A stretch of 63,052 nucleotides of DNA, filler included, from Chiloscyllium plagiosum (taxonomy: Eukaryota), in the NCBI RefSeq assembly GCF_004010195.1. It is 10 parts of 9 records of this genome, joined end to end, with 100 filler letters (N's around TTAATTAATTAA, not from the genome) between each part and the next. Parts side by side here need not be neighbours in the genome. Positions count along the whole stretch, not along the records: positions 1 to 3,541 come from NW_025213369.1; positions 3,642 to 29,886 come from NC_057720.1; 8 more parts are not named here. One strand, 5' to 3'. The notes under the pieces were generated by a model. The model was not told the DNA's origin. It was given only the letters and a program-made list of their open reading frames with translations, and ran no database searches. Both the position numbers and the translations under genes were made by a program. Positions 1 through 13,439 of the stretch are shown here, in pieces (within the stretch, counting starts at the first letter, position 1; each line of letters starts with the position of its first letter).

Positions 1-71
1 CAGCGCAGTCTATACCTGCCAGGTCACTCATGGAGAGAACATTCAAAATAAAAACATCACCGCACTCCAGG
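1..71 (+). CDS. IGHM: IgM heavy chain CH2 exon, 3' end (truncated by window start)
   Basis: Reads [23 protein letters not shown](G) from position 2, with the YxCxVxH C1-set motif. Phase-1 donor G|GTAAG at 71/72. Near-identical to the CH2 end at 41854-41924 (minus). Confidence 0.9.
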
Positions 72-2037
72 GTAAGAGACACACACTGAGAGAGCTACAA
101 ATCATTCAGAACTCTGATGTGAATCAAACACATTAATTTATCAGGCGTAGTAAACAGCACGGTACTGCTTCTCATTTCCCAACATGCCACGTATCTCATA
201 TTAGTTTGAGTATTACATTTGCATTGCTCATATTTCAGCATTTTGGCAAGTCAGAAAAGCATGTTTCCTCTCTGTTGAAGAAAGATACATAAACAGTGAG
301 CTTTGCTAAATAGTTTGTTGCCTCACCATGCTGGGAGTGGCATTCAGAGTGCTGAATCCTTGCCTGGTAGTCGCTTCAAGGATAAGTTAGGGGGTGGAGG
401 GGGATGTTGGATAGATATCTGATTGAAACATAGAAAATACTGAGAGACTTAGGTCGAGTGAACGTGGAATAGATGTTTTGACTGGTGGGCGAGACTCGAA
501 CCCAAGGACACAGTCTCAGGGTCAAAGGGGCACCGTTTAGAACTGAGATGGGGAGGAATTTCTTCAGCCAGAGGGTGATGAGTCTGTGGAACTTGTTGCT
601 GCAGAGGGCTGTGGAGGCCCGGCCATTGTGTGTACTCAAGCCAGAGATAGATCGGCTCTTGTTTAGTACGGGGAGAAGGCAGGAGAATGGCTTTAGCCCG
701 AAAGATTGATTTTCCTGCTCATCGGATGCTGCCTGACCTGCTGTGATTTTCCAGTATCATTCTGATCTAAACTCTGGATTGGCCGAACAGCCTTATTCTG
801 ATCCTCTACCTTATGATGTTGGGGTCTCAAAATGACGTGGTTAAAATATGCAGTGACCCTGACTTGAAAATAAATCAAAATGCGTTGAATGCTTCAACCC
901 CTGCTCAGGAACGACGTGTTGGCCTTGGACATTGTACGACATCGATTTTTATCTGGTACTGAGCTCTTTAACTTCATTTATGGGATCAGACCACAGACCA
1001 AGTGGGTATCACATTTGATGAACTGGGATAAACGTGATCTCACTGAGCTTCTTTAAGATGCTCTCTGTAATTAGTGGATGTGGCAGGAGAATAAATTCTG
1101 GTGGGAATGCTACAATAGCGATGAATGAACGAGGAACTCGAGACAGGCTGATTTAGCCTTGTTTGGGGTGGCGATGTTTACAAAGTGAGTAGTGGATGTC
1201 TATAAAATTAGTGTACATTTCCATCGCGTTTGTAGATTAATTTAAGACGCTTTTGTTTTTATTTTCTCCCCTGCTCTATGAAAAAATTAAAAACTGCAGC
1301 TTGGTAAATAAAGTGAAAGTACAGACCAGTTATGAACTAACTGAATAGAGGGAAAGACTTAAGGAGATGGGTGTCCTTCTCGATACCCAATGCTGTACTC
1401 AATGTCTTGTTTTCAGATCTCCTCCAAACACAGCCCATGAGGAACAATGACATAAATTAGAGAATGACATCACACCAATTACGCAAAGTATTTTTGATCA
1501 CGTTAAATATAATGAACAGAATTTCCATGGCTGTTCACCGCTCCTGTAATACTTTAGAACTCTGCAAAGAGAATAATTATTATTTATTATAATTTGTCCA
1601 AAATTTGGGATATGATTTGGCAGTCAGCGTGACCAGCAGCACTTGCACCCAAGGGTTATGAACATGGAAACGAACTCATTATATTCAGATTACTCTTGTC
1701 ACAAGTATCAATAGATGGTCTGAAGTGAGAGACAAACTCCGAAAGAAAGGTAATTCCATGGGTTACATGATGGTATCTTCGATGATTTTACTTTTTTCAC
1801 AGGTGTCACTTGTTACAAAGCCAGTGTTCTTTAGGAATAATTACACAGGGTATGTTATAGGTAATAACAAATGCTTTCACAGATCAAAATACATCAACAA
1901 TAGTAAGCATCGTTTCAGCAATGGTTGGGGTTGCCATTTTGAAGTTGGTGTCTTCACCCTGTGAAGGAGTAATCTGAAGATTGGCTGTTTGTATCAGAAA
2001 GGGGCATTTTTCATTGACTTTGATTTTTGTTTCAGAG

Positions 2038-2346
2038 AAGATACCGAGTGCCACATCAACACCGTTAAAATCCTCCCACCGCCAGTAGAACAAGTCTTAC
2101 TGGAGGCGACGGTGACGTTAACCTGCGTTGTGTCCAATCTTCCTTCTGGAGTCAACGTGACCTGGAAACAAGAAAAGAAGCCTCTGAAATCAGAGATTGC
2201 TGAGCAGCCTGGACAGAATCCCGACAGCGTGATCAGCAAATTAGACATTTCTACTGAAGCCTGGCTGAGTGGTGTTACTTTTGAATGTGTGGTGTACCAT
2301 CAGAGTCTACCGACTCCGCTGAGAGACTCCATCCACAAGGAGAAAG
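2038..2346 (+). CDS. IGHM: IgM heavy chain CH3 exon
   Basis: [32 protein letters not shown]...W...[22 protein letters not shown] matches shark Cmu3. Donor G|GTGAG at 2346/2347. The acceptor is ambiguous (TTTCAGAGAAG); in-frame starts are 2038 or 2041. Confidence 0.9.
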
Positions 2347-2788
2347 GTGAGCAGTGAGATTAAACCACAAAGGATCCCATGTGTAATCCGGATCCAGTTC
2401 CATCAATGACAGGCTTTGATTGGAAATGAACCAACACCGTTAGGAGCATTAATGATGCATCTGAAGGCAGGATAGCTAAGTAGCTGATTCAGAAAAAGAT
2501 GGACCAAAGGATATTGTATTCTGATTAAGTCAGATAAGGTGGGAAGAAGCCTGGGTTGTGACGCCACCATCAGCAATGTCCTCGTTGTGGGCTGGAAACA
2601 TGGAGACAACTTTCACATTAAACTTTCTGTTTTTTTACTGAACAGAATGTGTACCATACTGCTCCTTTCAAAAAACGAAAGTGAATAAATCCCAAATTAA
2701 ACATGGCGCATTTTAATATTTAGCGAAATTGTGATATCGGTTCAGGATTTGTTTTGGTTGATTTATATTTGTCTCAAATATTCTGCAG

Positions 2789-3180
2789 TGATTAATCCGC
2801 TGGAGCCATCAGTGTCGGTCCTCCTGCCACCAACAGAAGAAATCTCCGCTCAGAGGTTTCTCTCCCTCACCTGTTTAGTGAGAGGTTTCTCCCCCCGAGA
2901 GATCTTCATCAAGTGGACAAACAATGACAAGCCGGTGAATCCCAGTAACTACAAGAACACCGAGGTGATAGCGGAGAGCGACAACACTTCCTTCTTCATC
3001 TACAGCCTGTTATCCATTACAGCGGAGGAGTGGGCCAGCGGTGCTTCTTACTCCTGTGTGATGGGACATGAAGCGATTCCATTGAAAATCATCAACAGAA
3101 CAGTCGATAAATCCAGCGGTAAACCGAGTTTTGTAAACATTTCACTTGCACTGATGGACACAGTTAATTCATGTCAATAA
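2789..3180 (+). CDS. IGHM: IgM heavy chain CH4 exon plus secretory tailpiece
   Basis: Acceptor TTCTGCAG|[17 protein letters not shown]...[18 protein letters not shown]...[23 protein letters not shown], then tail [20 protein letters not shown] with an NIS sequon and penultimate Cys. Internal G|GTAAA donor for the membrane form at 3118/3119. Confidence 0.95.
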
Positions 3181-3222
3181 AAATCTCAAAGTTACATTTA
3201 ATAATTCAACAAAAGTAATAAA
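3176..3222 (+). promoter_or_regulatory. Poly(A) signals of secretory IgM
   Basis: AATAAA overlapping the stop codon (3176-3181) and a second AATAAA at 3217-3222 followed by a T-rich tract. Confidence 0.6.
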
Positions 3223-3541
3223 GGTTTTTTTTCCTCCAGTTGAGTTAAATATTGAATTAATTGTTTCTCACTCTGACTTACATTCCATCTGTGTAGTTAA
3301 AGTGGATTATTAACAGGTCGAGGATGAGTGTCTTGTGCAGTTAATGTTCTCTGCTCAGATACACCCTGGGTCAGAGACAGAGTAAAGCTCACTCATTGCA
3401 GGATTCCACCAAGTACATTATTCATCCTAAATCCCTCTGTGACAAAATCTGACAATGTCCACGTAGGGCACGAGTTTTGAACTTGGTGTTTTTGATTCAC
3501 CCGATTGGACATTCTTACAAAATTCATGTCAGTTTTAAACT

Positions 3542-3641
3542 NNNNNNNNNNNNNNNNNNNNNNNNNNNNNNNNNNNNNNNNNNNNTTAATTAATTAANNN
3601 NNNNNNNNNNNNNNNNNNNNNNNNNNNNNNNNNNNNNNNNN
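3542..3641. other. Artificial contig linker (first of nine)
   Basis: N44-TTAATTAATTAA-N44, with stops in all six frames. Identical linkers at 29887-29986, 34728-34827, 37503-37602, 39403-39502, 50651-50750, 52494-52593, 59669-59768 and 61685-61784. Plain N gaps at about 32693-33046, 40135-40634 and 57158-57794. Confidence 0.97.
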
Positions 3642-4775
3642 ACCTCTTTTGATACTTCCAAATTCGAGATTTTATACAGAAGAAGACTACGTTATTAGAT
3701 AGTCTTTATAAATCCGATAGAAATCCGATGGAGAATGTAGTGTCCTACGACCAGTGGGGGTATCTTCCGTCAGTAATATTTATCATTTATTACATGATGA
3801 AGTATCGGGAGATATGGATAATCTGTTTAAAACATGGGATCAGGATCTGGGACTAGAAATCTCCACAGAAACGTGGAATGATATCTGGGAAAATGCTAGA
3901 AGAATTACTATTTGTAACAGAACCCAGGCTATCCAGCTGAAGATACTTCATAGGTCCCATATAGCACCGGTTCGATTGGCAAAATTTAAGGCAGGAGCAT
4001 CTCCAATGTGTCCTAAATGCAAAATAGAGGTGGGCACTCTTGTACATTGCTTATGGACCTGTCATAAGATCCGTAGATATTGGGCTAAAGTAGCAAGTAC
4101 CCTGACAGAAATTTTAGGAACGGAAGTAAAAGTGGACCCCGTATCTCTCCTTTTGGGCTTTTCGAACTTTCCCTCCCTGGACACGTATGGGAAGAGACTA
4201 TTTTCTATTCTTTCTTTCTGTGCAAGGAAAAATATTTTGATGAACTGGGTGGTGGAGGGCCCCCCTGGACTTTCAAATTGGCACAGACTAATTATGGAAT
4301 GTATTCCCCTTGACTTCCTTACAAATATGGTGCACTGAAAGACCGAATTATTTTATAAAATATGGCAGCCCTTTTTGAATTACATAAATACAGATATTTC
4401 GGCTATCCTAACAAGGGCTTTTATTTAATTGAGACTACAGACCTGGCTGGTCCGCGGCCCCTCGGGGGAGGAATCCCGCACGAATACGGGTTTTATCATA
4501 TCTGATGTTAACACATCCCGAGCATGTAAGAGACTTAAATATACACCCTGGTTAGTTGTAGGTTAGATTAGTAGATAGTTGAGTTTTGTTTGTTTGTGTT
4601 TTTTTTTCTTTTCGTTTTTTTTTGTTTTGTTGTTTTGTTTTGTTTTTTTTGTCAAATTTTGGTTATTGTATATTTGAGCTAATTGTATATCAATGTTTAT
4701 ATCTGAGAGTTTTGTTTATTTTTGTAAACTTGTAAAAATGTTAAATTTCTAATAAAAATATCTATAAAAAAAAAA
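3642..4775 (+). mobile_element. L1/Tx1-clade LINE 3' end (ORF2 C-terminal Cys-rich domain, 3'UTR, poly-A)
   Basis: ORF 3754-4338 has W..DLG...W..IW, QLKILHR and a CPKC-x8-HCLWTC zinc knuckle. T-rich 3'UTR ends in AATAAA and an A-tract near 4765-4775. Confidence 0.85.
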
Positions 4776-5044
4776 GAAAAGGAAACAACCTTAGTCAGAA
4801 TAGGAATTAGGAAAAATCACCAAGTAGGAATTCATTCAAGTGGGAATTCTCTTTCCCAGAAATTTGTGATGGCTGAATCTTTATATTATATTGATGCTGG
4901 CTTCGTCTGGTTGTCCATAGGTGGTGAATCAGGGATAGTAGTACGTGGAGATAAAAGTGCTGCTGGGACCACAATGAGATGAGCCACGACCTTATTTGCT
5001 GGTGGAAAAGAAACAAATTACTGTGGATGCTGGAATCTGAAACC

Positions 5045-5310
5045 AAAAGAGAAAATGCTGGAAAATCTGAGCAGATCTGGCAGCATCCGTAAGGAGAGAA
5101 AACAGCTGATGTTTCGAGTCTAACTGACCCTTGGTCAAAGCTAAAAAAAGGGGAGAAATAGGGAGGTATTTATATGAAGAAAAATACCTCCCTATTTCTC
5201 CCCTTTATTTTTAGCTTTGACGAAGGGTCAGTTAGACTCGAAACATCAGCTGTTTTCTCTCCTTACGGATGCTGCCAGACCTGCTGAGATTTTCCAGCAT
5301 TTCCTCTTTT
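5045..5310. mobile_element. Palindromic Penelope-derived non-autonomous element
   Basis: Arms of about 127 bp (5045-5171 and 5182-5310) are near reverse complements. Each carries a degenerate hammerhead core (TTGACGA-GGGTC/GACTC-GAAACATC). Confidence 0.7.
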
Positions 5311-6599
5311 ATTTACTGGTGGAGTAGTTTCAAAGGGCCGAATGGCCCACTCGTGTCCCTCAGCCCTGTGTTCTGATGTTCCATTCAGCCCTTCAGACCT
5401 GCTATACAAGGGCAGATCAAGGTCACTCCGATGGTTAGGTTTAGTTTTGGAAATGTATTTGGAAAATGCAGGTTGGGTCAGGAAGCGACCCCACCCCCAA
5501 TCACAGTTTCCAGATGTGATCCATATTACAGAACCAGATACGCTGGGAATACAGCCCCCATACCCCACCCGGGGTTAACTCAAACAAATCCTCTGCTCTC
5601 CCTGAATGCAACATTGTACAACACGACTTCCAGGAAAATAACCTGTTACTTTCCAAAAGCATAACATGTGAAATTAATAAATAGTAACAAGAGTAGGCTA
5701 TTCGGCCCTCAGGTTTGCCCTGTCATTTAATAAGAACATAGCTGATCTACTCCAGGACTCAGCTCCACTTTCTTGCCGACTCGGTGTATCCCTCCACACC
5801 TCTCTGGGTTATGGAATTCCGGACATTTACTACCTTCTGAGGGAAGACATCACACTGTGTCTCAGATTGAAATTGATGTTCCATATTCGGTAAATATATC
5901 CTCGAGTTTGAGTCTCCACCCAGGAGTGGAAACAATTTGTCAATATCAACCTTCTCAAGCCCCTTCTGTGTCTTGTATTTTTCAGCGGTATCACTCCTCA
6001 TTCATTTAAATCCAAATGAATAATCACTTCACCATCTTAGGGATTCTTAATAACTCAACCCTTTCAGCCCAGGAAGCCGTCTAATGAACCAACGTAGTTA
6101 CTTGCTGAAACAACATGCTCACTTTATGTTTCCAATCTCTTTGTACTGCTCCTTTTCTGGAAGTCCCCTCCATTAAATAACAGCCTGCCTTTTGATTCTC
6201 AGAGTCATCCACAACCTCGGATGTGTATTGCACTTAGCTCCCGCCGTCAGGCTATCGGTATAGAATGCAAATAACTGATGCCATTCGACTGATATTTGTG
6301 GCACTCCTGCAGATACACCTTGATCATGAAGATCCATTAATCCTGACTCTCCGATTTCTATGTGTTAACCAATCATCATCCCATGTTACCACATTAGCCG
6401 TCATCCTACGAACTTCTGTCTTGTGTAAGAACTTTTATTCTGTAATACCTTGTGGAAAATCTCTGGAAAGCCTAGTTTCTACCAGATCCCCTTTATCAAA
6501 TCCGCTTGTTACATTCTCAGGCATCTCCAGAAGTATTTTGCATGATTTTACAGGGCAAACTATAATTTCCCTTTCACAAAACCACACTGACCTTCATGA

Positions 6600-6965
6600 A
6601 GCTTTTCTAAATGTCCATGCTGGCCATGACTTCCAAATTAAGCTTGTCTCATCTGCTTTCATTTGGCCCATATGCCTCGAAATGTTCCCATTCATATGTT
6701 TGTCCAAATGACTTTTACATGTTGCAGCTGTACATGCATCTACCACTCTTCCTCTGGCAGTTCATTCCATACTCACACCACCCACTGTGCAAAACTGTTG
6801 CTCCTTCGTTCCTTTTAAATCTTCCCTCTTTCACCTTAAAACTATGCCTTCTATGTTTGAACTCCCCCATCCCTTGAAAAAGACCGTGGCTATTCACCCT
6901 ATCCATGCCTCTTATGATTTTATAAACTTCTATAATGTCACCCCTCAACCTTCTACACTCCAAAA
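6600..6965 (-). mobile_element. CR1-type LINE 3' fragment
   Basis: LECRRLRGDIIEVYKIIRGMDRVN...HSFKVK, the typical CR1 ORF2 C-terminus. Boundaries approximate. Confidence 0.8.
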
Positions 6966-7779
6966 CTAACTTCAAGAACGAGCATTTAAAGATAAGCACT
7001 GCAAATTTGACACTATATTAAACATGACAGAAAAACAATACTCAGCCCAAATTTCATACTGTTATTTGTTTTTCTCCATATTACAATACTAAGACAGCCA
7101 GAAACGTTTACTAGTGCCAATAAGAAGTCAAACACATGAATTCCTTTGTCTAAATGGGGTGATGATCTCGACAGTGAAAACGTAGTTATGGCCAGATCTA
7201 TATAACGTCACATAGTCAACATTCTCCCTCCTGGCCTCCCTATGACCTTGTGTGATTGTGTCTTCTTTATCTTGCACTCAGTAGAGAGAATCCCTTTCCC
7301 TTGGCCACGTCTTAATTTAAACCCGTTCTTTATCATCTTCTTGTTCACCACTGTTAAAAGCTTGTTTATCTTTGCCACACCCTCTTTTCCCTGTCACCCA
7401 TCCCCCGCCTCTGGCAAGGGATTAAAAATCCCAGTTTCCAATCCTTTTCAGTTCTGAAGAAGTGTCACACTTGGCTTGAAATGCTAACTCTGTTTCTCTG
7501 TCTCTGCAGATGCAGACAGACCTGCTGATTTTCTCCAGAAATGAATAGGCACAGAACAAATTTTCAATTAAACAAATAACTGTGGATACTGCAAATAAAA
7601 GTACAAAAATTGCTGGAGAAACTGGGAGCTTTGTAGAGGGTTACAGGACCTGAAAGTTTCACTCTGCACTCACTCCAGAAGATGCTGCAACATCATCTGC
7701 ATTTTCTTCAGCAATTTCTGTTTTTGAACAATTTCCAAAGAAGTATGTCAAAGATGCTCAAACATCGCATCCAACCTGG

Positions 7780-8340
7780 AGCACTGTACACTGGGGCTGA
7801 ACGATAATGCATGGTGACAAATTCCTTGATTCTGAAAATGCATAAGACTGGCATCACTGACACCACGGACCTCTTAATCATGGTCAGGGATAAAAACAGA
7901 GGGAAACATATTCACTTCGAACACAGAAGATGGCATTACGGATGAAACATTGTTGAGTGGATGAAACACCTCGCCCTCATCATGATACCACAGAATCACA
8001 GATGCCAGTTTTCAATCAATTCGATTCGCTGCACGTGACATGAAGAAATAGCTGAACACAATTGAAACGGCAAAGGCAATGAGCCCTGACACCATTCCTG
8101 CAATAGGACTGAAGACTTGTGCTGCACAATAAGCTGTGTCCCTGAGGAAGCTGTTTCATACCAGTTCCAACTCTGACATCCCCCTGGCAATCTGGAACAT
8201 TACTCAACTATGTCCAATCCCCTAAGAGAGGAATAACTACAATCTGACCATTTACCACCGTTCAGTCCCATCACGACAGTCAAATTGGTGGGAATTCTTT
8301 TTGACAGAGCTTTCAAGCAGCACAAAACTAACCAGGCCAG
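7780..8340 (+). mobile_element. Decayed LINE ORF2 fragment (CR1/L2 group)
   Basis: Disrupted KAMSPDTIPAIGLKTCA...KLF...IW stretch, the pre-RT motif region. Boundaries approximate. Confidence 0.6.
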
Positions 8341-9079
8341 TGTGGTTTCCGTTAGGTCCCCATGTGGAGATGGTGCTGTTGTGGAAATGTCAATAGATTA
8401 CTAATCCAGACCAGGCTAATGGTCTGGCAGCTGGTGGAAGTTAAAATTAATTAATAAAATATCGAAACCTAAAATCTGGTGTCAGTAACAGTGATCTTGT
8501 GTCCAATGTTGATTGTAAACATTGATCTTCTTCACCAAAATACTTTCAGGAAGTGAGTCTCCCGTGCTTTCTTGGTCTGGCCTAAAAGTGACTCCAGACA
8601 CACAGACATGTGATAATTTTTTCAATGGTCTCTAAATCGGCCAAGCAAGACACTCTATTGTATCAAACTGCTCCAAGGTCTGAAAGGATATAACCGGACA
8701 GAACACCCGGCCCCAGCCTCAGTATCGGAAAAGGGAGTGGGAAACACAGTCCTGTTAACCCTGCAGAGGCCTCCTTCCTAACATCTAAGAGCTTATGACA
8801 ACATTTACTGAGCTTCCCCACAGACTGCACAGAAACATCGGGAAAGGAGGACGTCATTCAACATATTGAGCTTTCCCCATACTAATTCATGGCCAAAAGT
8901 CTCCTCAATGCAGTTTTCCCTTACAGTGTTCATTTCTCTGAATATGTTTAAACATTGTGAAATATAAAATAGGAACTGCTGTAATCCCTTTGTTCCATCA
9001 ATTTTGCTCCTCCATTCAATATACAGGCAGTTCTCCGATAACACGTATTTATTAAATACGATATGCTGTGGTCCCTTGT

Positions 9080-12000
9080 TTTAGGCACCCTAACCCGGGG
9101 AATTATCATCCCTGCTTCCAATTTGTCTCGCCCTGTCAGAGTTTTATATATTTCAATGATATCTCCACTCATTTTCCTAAAACCCATAGAATACAGGCTC
9201 AGTTGCCCCAAACTCTGCTCCCACAACAAGCCTGTCATCCCGGAGATCAGTCTGGCCATCCTTCGCTGCACTCCCTCAATGTCAGGTTTGTCCTTTATTA
9301 GGTAAGGACACCAAAACTGCACACAATATTGCACAATGTTCGAGATGGGGTCTTACCAAGGCCCTGTACAGCTGCAGTGAATGACCCATACTCCTGTATT
9401 CAAATCTCCCTGAAATGAATGTCAATACACCATTTATCTTCCTAACTGCTTACTGCTCCTGCAACATTGCTTTCAGTGACTGGTGTGCAGGGAGATCAAG
9501 ATTCTTTTTAATGTTACAGCTCCCCACTTGCTGGGTCTATGTACACTGTATCCAGCGTGCCAATGCCATTCCCAGTATTGATTTCCGTGTTCAGAACTCA
9601 CTGCCCTACTTGGACTCAGAGGGCTGCACAGAAATAAACAAAAATGCAGCTTAAGTTTCTTTATAGAGCAACATTTTTCAACCAATCTCTTTTCAAATGA
9701 TAGACTGCCATTCTATTGTTCCCATCAACGTACACAACATCACATCTCTGCCATTGCTCTCCATCTGCCAGGTATTTTCCCAGTCACTTCACTTGTCTCA
9801 ATGATTTTGGAGCTTTTTTTTACATCCTCCTCATCCACTCACAAGCTGACATTGTTTAGTGCTGTCAGTAGACTTGGTAATATTGCATTTGAGCCCCTCA
9901 ACCAAAGATATGATGTGTTCTGGGAATAGCTGGATCCCAAATCCTGATCCTTGTTATATCATCCAAGCCTTCTGTTAAAAAAATATGGTTTTATTCCTAC
10001 TCAGTGTTTCCTGCCAGCTCTCCCATTCTAAAAGCATGACCATATAGTAGCCCCAGTCCCATAAGGTTCAAATTTGCACAAAACGCTTGGGGCTTTATCG
10101 AATATCTTTCTGAGATTTCAATCGTATTGCATTAATACCGTCTCCATAATTTTGCTAAAAGCCACTTTCTCAAATATGATTCCCATTTCATAAATCTCTG
10201 TTCATTTTGTCTATGCCCATTACTTTCAATCCAATACTTTCTCTAAAACTGTTTGTTGCTAATTTCATTCTATTCCCTTTTTCTCATCAGACTAAAGTTC
10301 CATAGTATTGCTAGGAAGGTTTTTTTTTGTTTTGCTTTCTTCTGTGAAGGCATAACTGAAGTATTTGCTCTATAGTTCTGCTATTTCCCTGTCCTCAATT
10401 ATCCGGTAACAGTCTGTAAGAAAGCTGCACCTTTTTCTCGGAATTTTGCCACTGATATATTTTCAGAAGATATTAGAAGTTCACTCATGTAAGTTTTGAT
10501 AAGATATTCTTCAAAAACCCATCAATTCCTATCTTAAGCTACTCAATGACTGACCTTCCACAGCCATACAATCACAGAAGCACAGAATCTGTGCAATCAG
10601 AAATACAGCACGGTCTACATTAGCCCTAATTTCCGACGCAAGGCGTGTAGCCGTGAATCTTATGGCATTTCAAGTGCACAACCGTGTATTTTCTAATGGT
10701 TGTGAGGTTATCATAACAACTCCCGTCTCAAGAAGCACATTCCAGACCCCAAGACACTCTGGGTGAAAAACAGTCCTCAAATCTGCATGAAACCGCAAAC
10801 CCTTAACTTTAAAATTGTGGGCCTTCGACTAAAAGGAACAGCTGCTGTCTATCCACCCAGTCCATGTCGCTCATAATCTTATCCTTCTGAATCCCGGCCC
10901 CCTCAGCCTTCTTTCCTCCAAACTAAAAAAACCCGAGTTTATCCAGCCTCTCTCCATGGCTGATATTCTCCATTCCAGGGAACATCCTGGTGAATCCCCT
11001 CTGCACCTCCTCGAGTGCAATCACATCGTTCCTGTAATGTGGTTCCCAGAACTACACACAGTATTTCATCTTGGCCAAACCAAAATTCCACATGGCTCTG
11101 ATAATCTATGCTTCGATGAATAAAGGCTATGTTAACAGTCCACTTTGCTTTCTCAAATTGTGTATTAACTTGCCCGGTCACATTCAGGGATGTGTGGAGA
11201 AGCACCCTCTGACCTTCCTAGTGTGCTGCCATTCATTGAGTACTCCCCTGTCTGGTTCCTTCTTCCAAAGTACATCACCTCATGTTTATCAGGGTTACAT
11301 TCCATCTGCCATTGATCCATCCATCTGACCATTCCATCTGTATCTTCCTGAAACATAAGACTTTCCTCCTCACTGCCAACCACCCAGACAATTATTGTAT
11401 CAAACACAAATTTACTTATCACCCGCCCCACCCCTCGTCCATATTCACAGCTGCATCATTTATGATTACCACAAGTAATAAGGTTAAAAATCACAACATC
11501 AGCTTATAGTCTAACAGGTTTATTCAGAGGCACGAGCATTCGAAGCGCTGCTTCTTCATCAGGTCGTTGTGCATTTTGATGAAGAAACAGCGCTTCGAAT
11601 GCTCGTGCCTCTGAATAAACCTGTTAGACTGTAAGCCGGTGTTATGCGATGTTTAGCATTGTCCACTCCAGTCCAACACCAGCACCTCCGAATCACAAAT
11701 AAGAAGGGGCACAGCACTGATCCCCGGGGTACACCATTGGACACTGGCCTTCAGTCACACAAACAGCCTTCTTCCACTACCTCCTGTCTCCTACCACTAA
11801 AGTTGATTTGGATGCAACTTGGCAAGTCACGAACGAGTCCTAACTGTTCCCTCGATATTCTGTTCCGCTTGACACACGTGCAGATTATCTGCGGATTCTC
11901 CATAATCTTACCCTGCCAGGAGGTTTCCATGCCCCTGTGTTTGTTACTCCCCTCTAAGTGAAGAATTTCCTCCTTATTGTAGTCTTAACTGTCCTGTCCC

Positions 12001-12320
12001 AGATCAAGTCATTATTTGCCTTGAATGTAGATTAGACAGCCAGGGAAGCATTCTGTTAATTTCCAACTTGTCATATGTTTTGTGAATGTTCTAAATTTCA
12101 CTGTGACCCACTTCTCATTCTTTGAAGCACTAGAGAAAATAGGCCGAGTTTCCTCATCAGGCAATCTCGCTATCTGAGGGATTAATCTGGAAAATGCCCA
12201 ATGCACATCCTCTGTGGTCAGTATATTCTTTCTGAGATTCGGTCACCAAAACTGTGCACAATACTCCAGGTACAGTCCCACCAACACGCTGTGAAACTGC
12301 TTCAACATGTCTTTACATCA
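9080..12320 (-). mobile_element. Several nested, decayed CR1 LINE fragments
   Basis: Translations include QYCVQFWCPYL..D...EGVQRR, ISKFVFDT, WQMECNPDK and NGVPRGSVLCP. Boundaries approximate. Confidence 0.7.
11483..11696. mobile_element. Palindromic Penelope-derived element, same family as 28041-28256, opposite orientation
   Basis: Imperfect inverted arms around 11565-11575, followed by the reverse complement of the unique tail seen at 28041-28078. It interrupts a CR1 fragment. Confidence 0.75.
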
Positions 12321-13439
12321 GTGTTCTGATTCTTTTAAATGAAGGCGAACCAAACTTTAACTTTCCACTTACATATATTCCTCCGAATGCCCTTCACATT
12401 CATTGCATTTGCGAACTCATTATTTGAGTTCTTATAGAAATCCTTCCGAAAATCCAACATATGCCACTTCTAGTGGTTCCCCATTATCTATGCTGTAAGA
12501 AACAGTTTCAAACAAATCTGAAGTTTATCAATTTTGATTTCTTTCTCAGAAATGTATGCTGATTCCCTCCATTGTTGCAGTTAATTTCTAAATATCAAAA
12601 TCTCATCCTGTGTAATAGATTTCAAAAGTTTCCCTACAGATGTCAAGTTAATTGGTCTGCAGTTCTCCACGCTATGTCTTTTTCCCTTTGTCGCTGTTTG
12701 GATCCCTTCCATTCATCTATAGTGCTTGGATCACGTTTACTAACTTCCATTTATCTACAATAGTATCTACACTCTGCAGAATGTACAGGACAATAAAACA
12801 CAGTCATCGCCAGAGCAATTAATGCTCCTATTGGTGATTTATTTCTGACATTTTGATAGGAAGTACATCTGTTTCGTCAGACTTAGCAATGCTCAATCCA
12901 ACTCCATGGTCAAGTACTACCTTGTTACTGATATGAATTAACTTTATGTCTTTAGTTCCAGAAGGCCGATATGATCACTTGGTATTACCGGGGGATTTTT
13001 TGGACATTCCTCCATGAAAACAGATGCAAAGTAACTGGTTATTTCTCAGCCATTACCCTGTTCTACACAATAACCTCTCATCTCCTGATTACAAATTTCC
13101 ACATTTGACCTTGCTTTTATTTTGTTTCCATTCAAATATAAATCGTAGATTGATGCAGTCTTTGTGTTCCTGTTTGTTAGCATGTATGTTCTCTTTTTGA
13201 TTTCCTTTTCAGTTTCATGGCCTTTCTTTTTTGGATCGTTAATTTCTGAGAATTCTCAGGTTTCCACAATATCTGGAATACTTCTGAAGTCACTTCCTAT
13301 GATTAACATATTTTCTAATTTGTTATGTTAACCATCATTCAGTCACTTTCTGGCTCTGGTGTTTGTACCTGAAATAAATAGACGTATGTTTCAGACTTTG
13401 CAGTATTTCTAAAACCTCCTGGTCCTGACCAGATATATT

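Noticed and set aside
217-224. Perfect octamer ATTTGCAT in the CH2-CH3 intron
   Set aside because: The paralogous intron (about 41702-41709, minus) reads ATTAGCAT, so it is not conserved.
3586-3597. Recurrent TTAATTAATTAA motif, resembling a repeat array or regulatory site
   Set aside because: Always embedded in N44 flanks; it is an artificial six-frame-stop linker.
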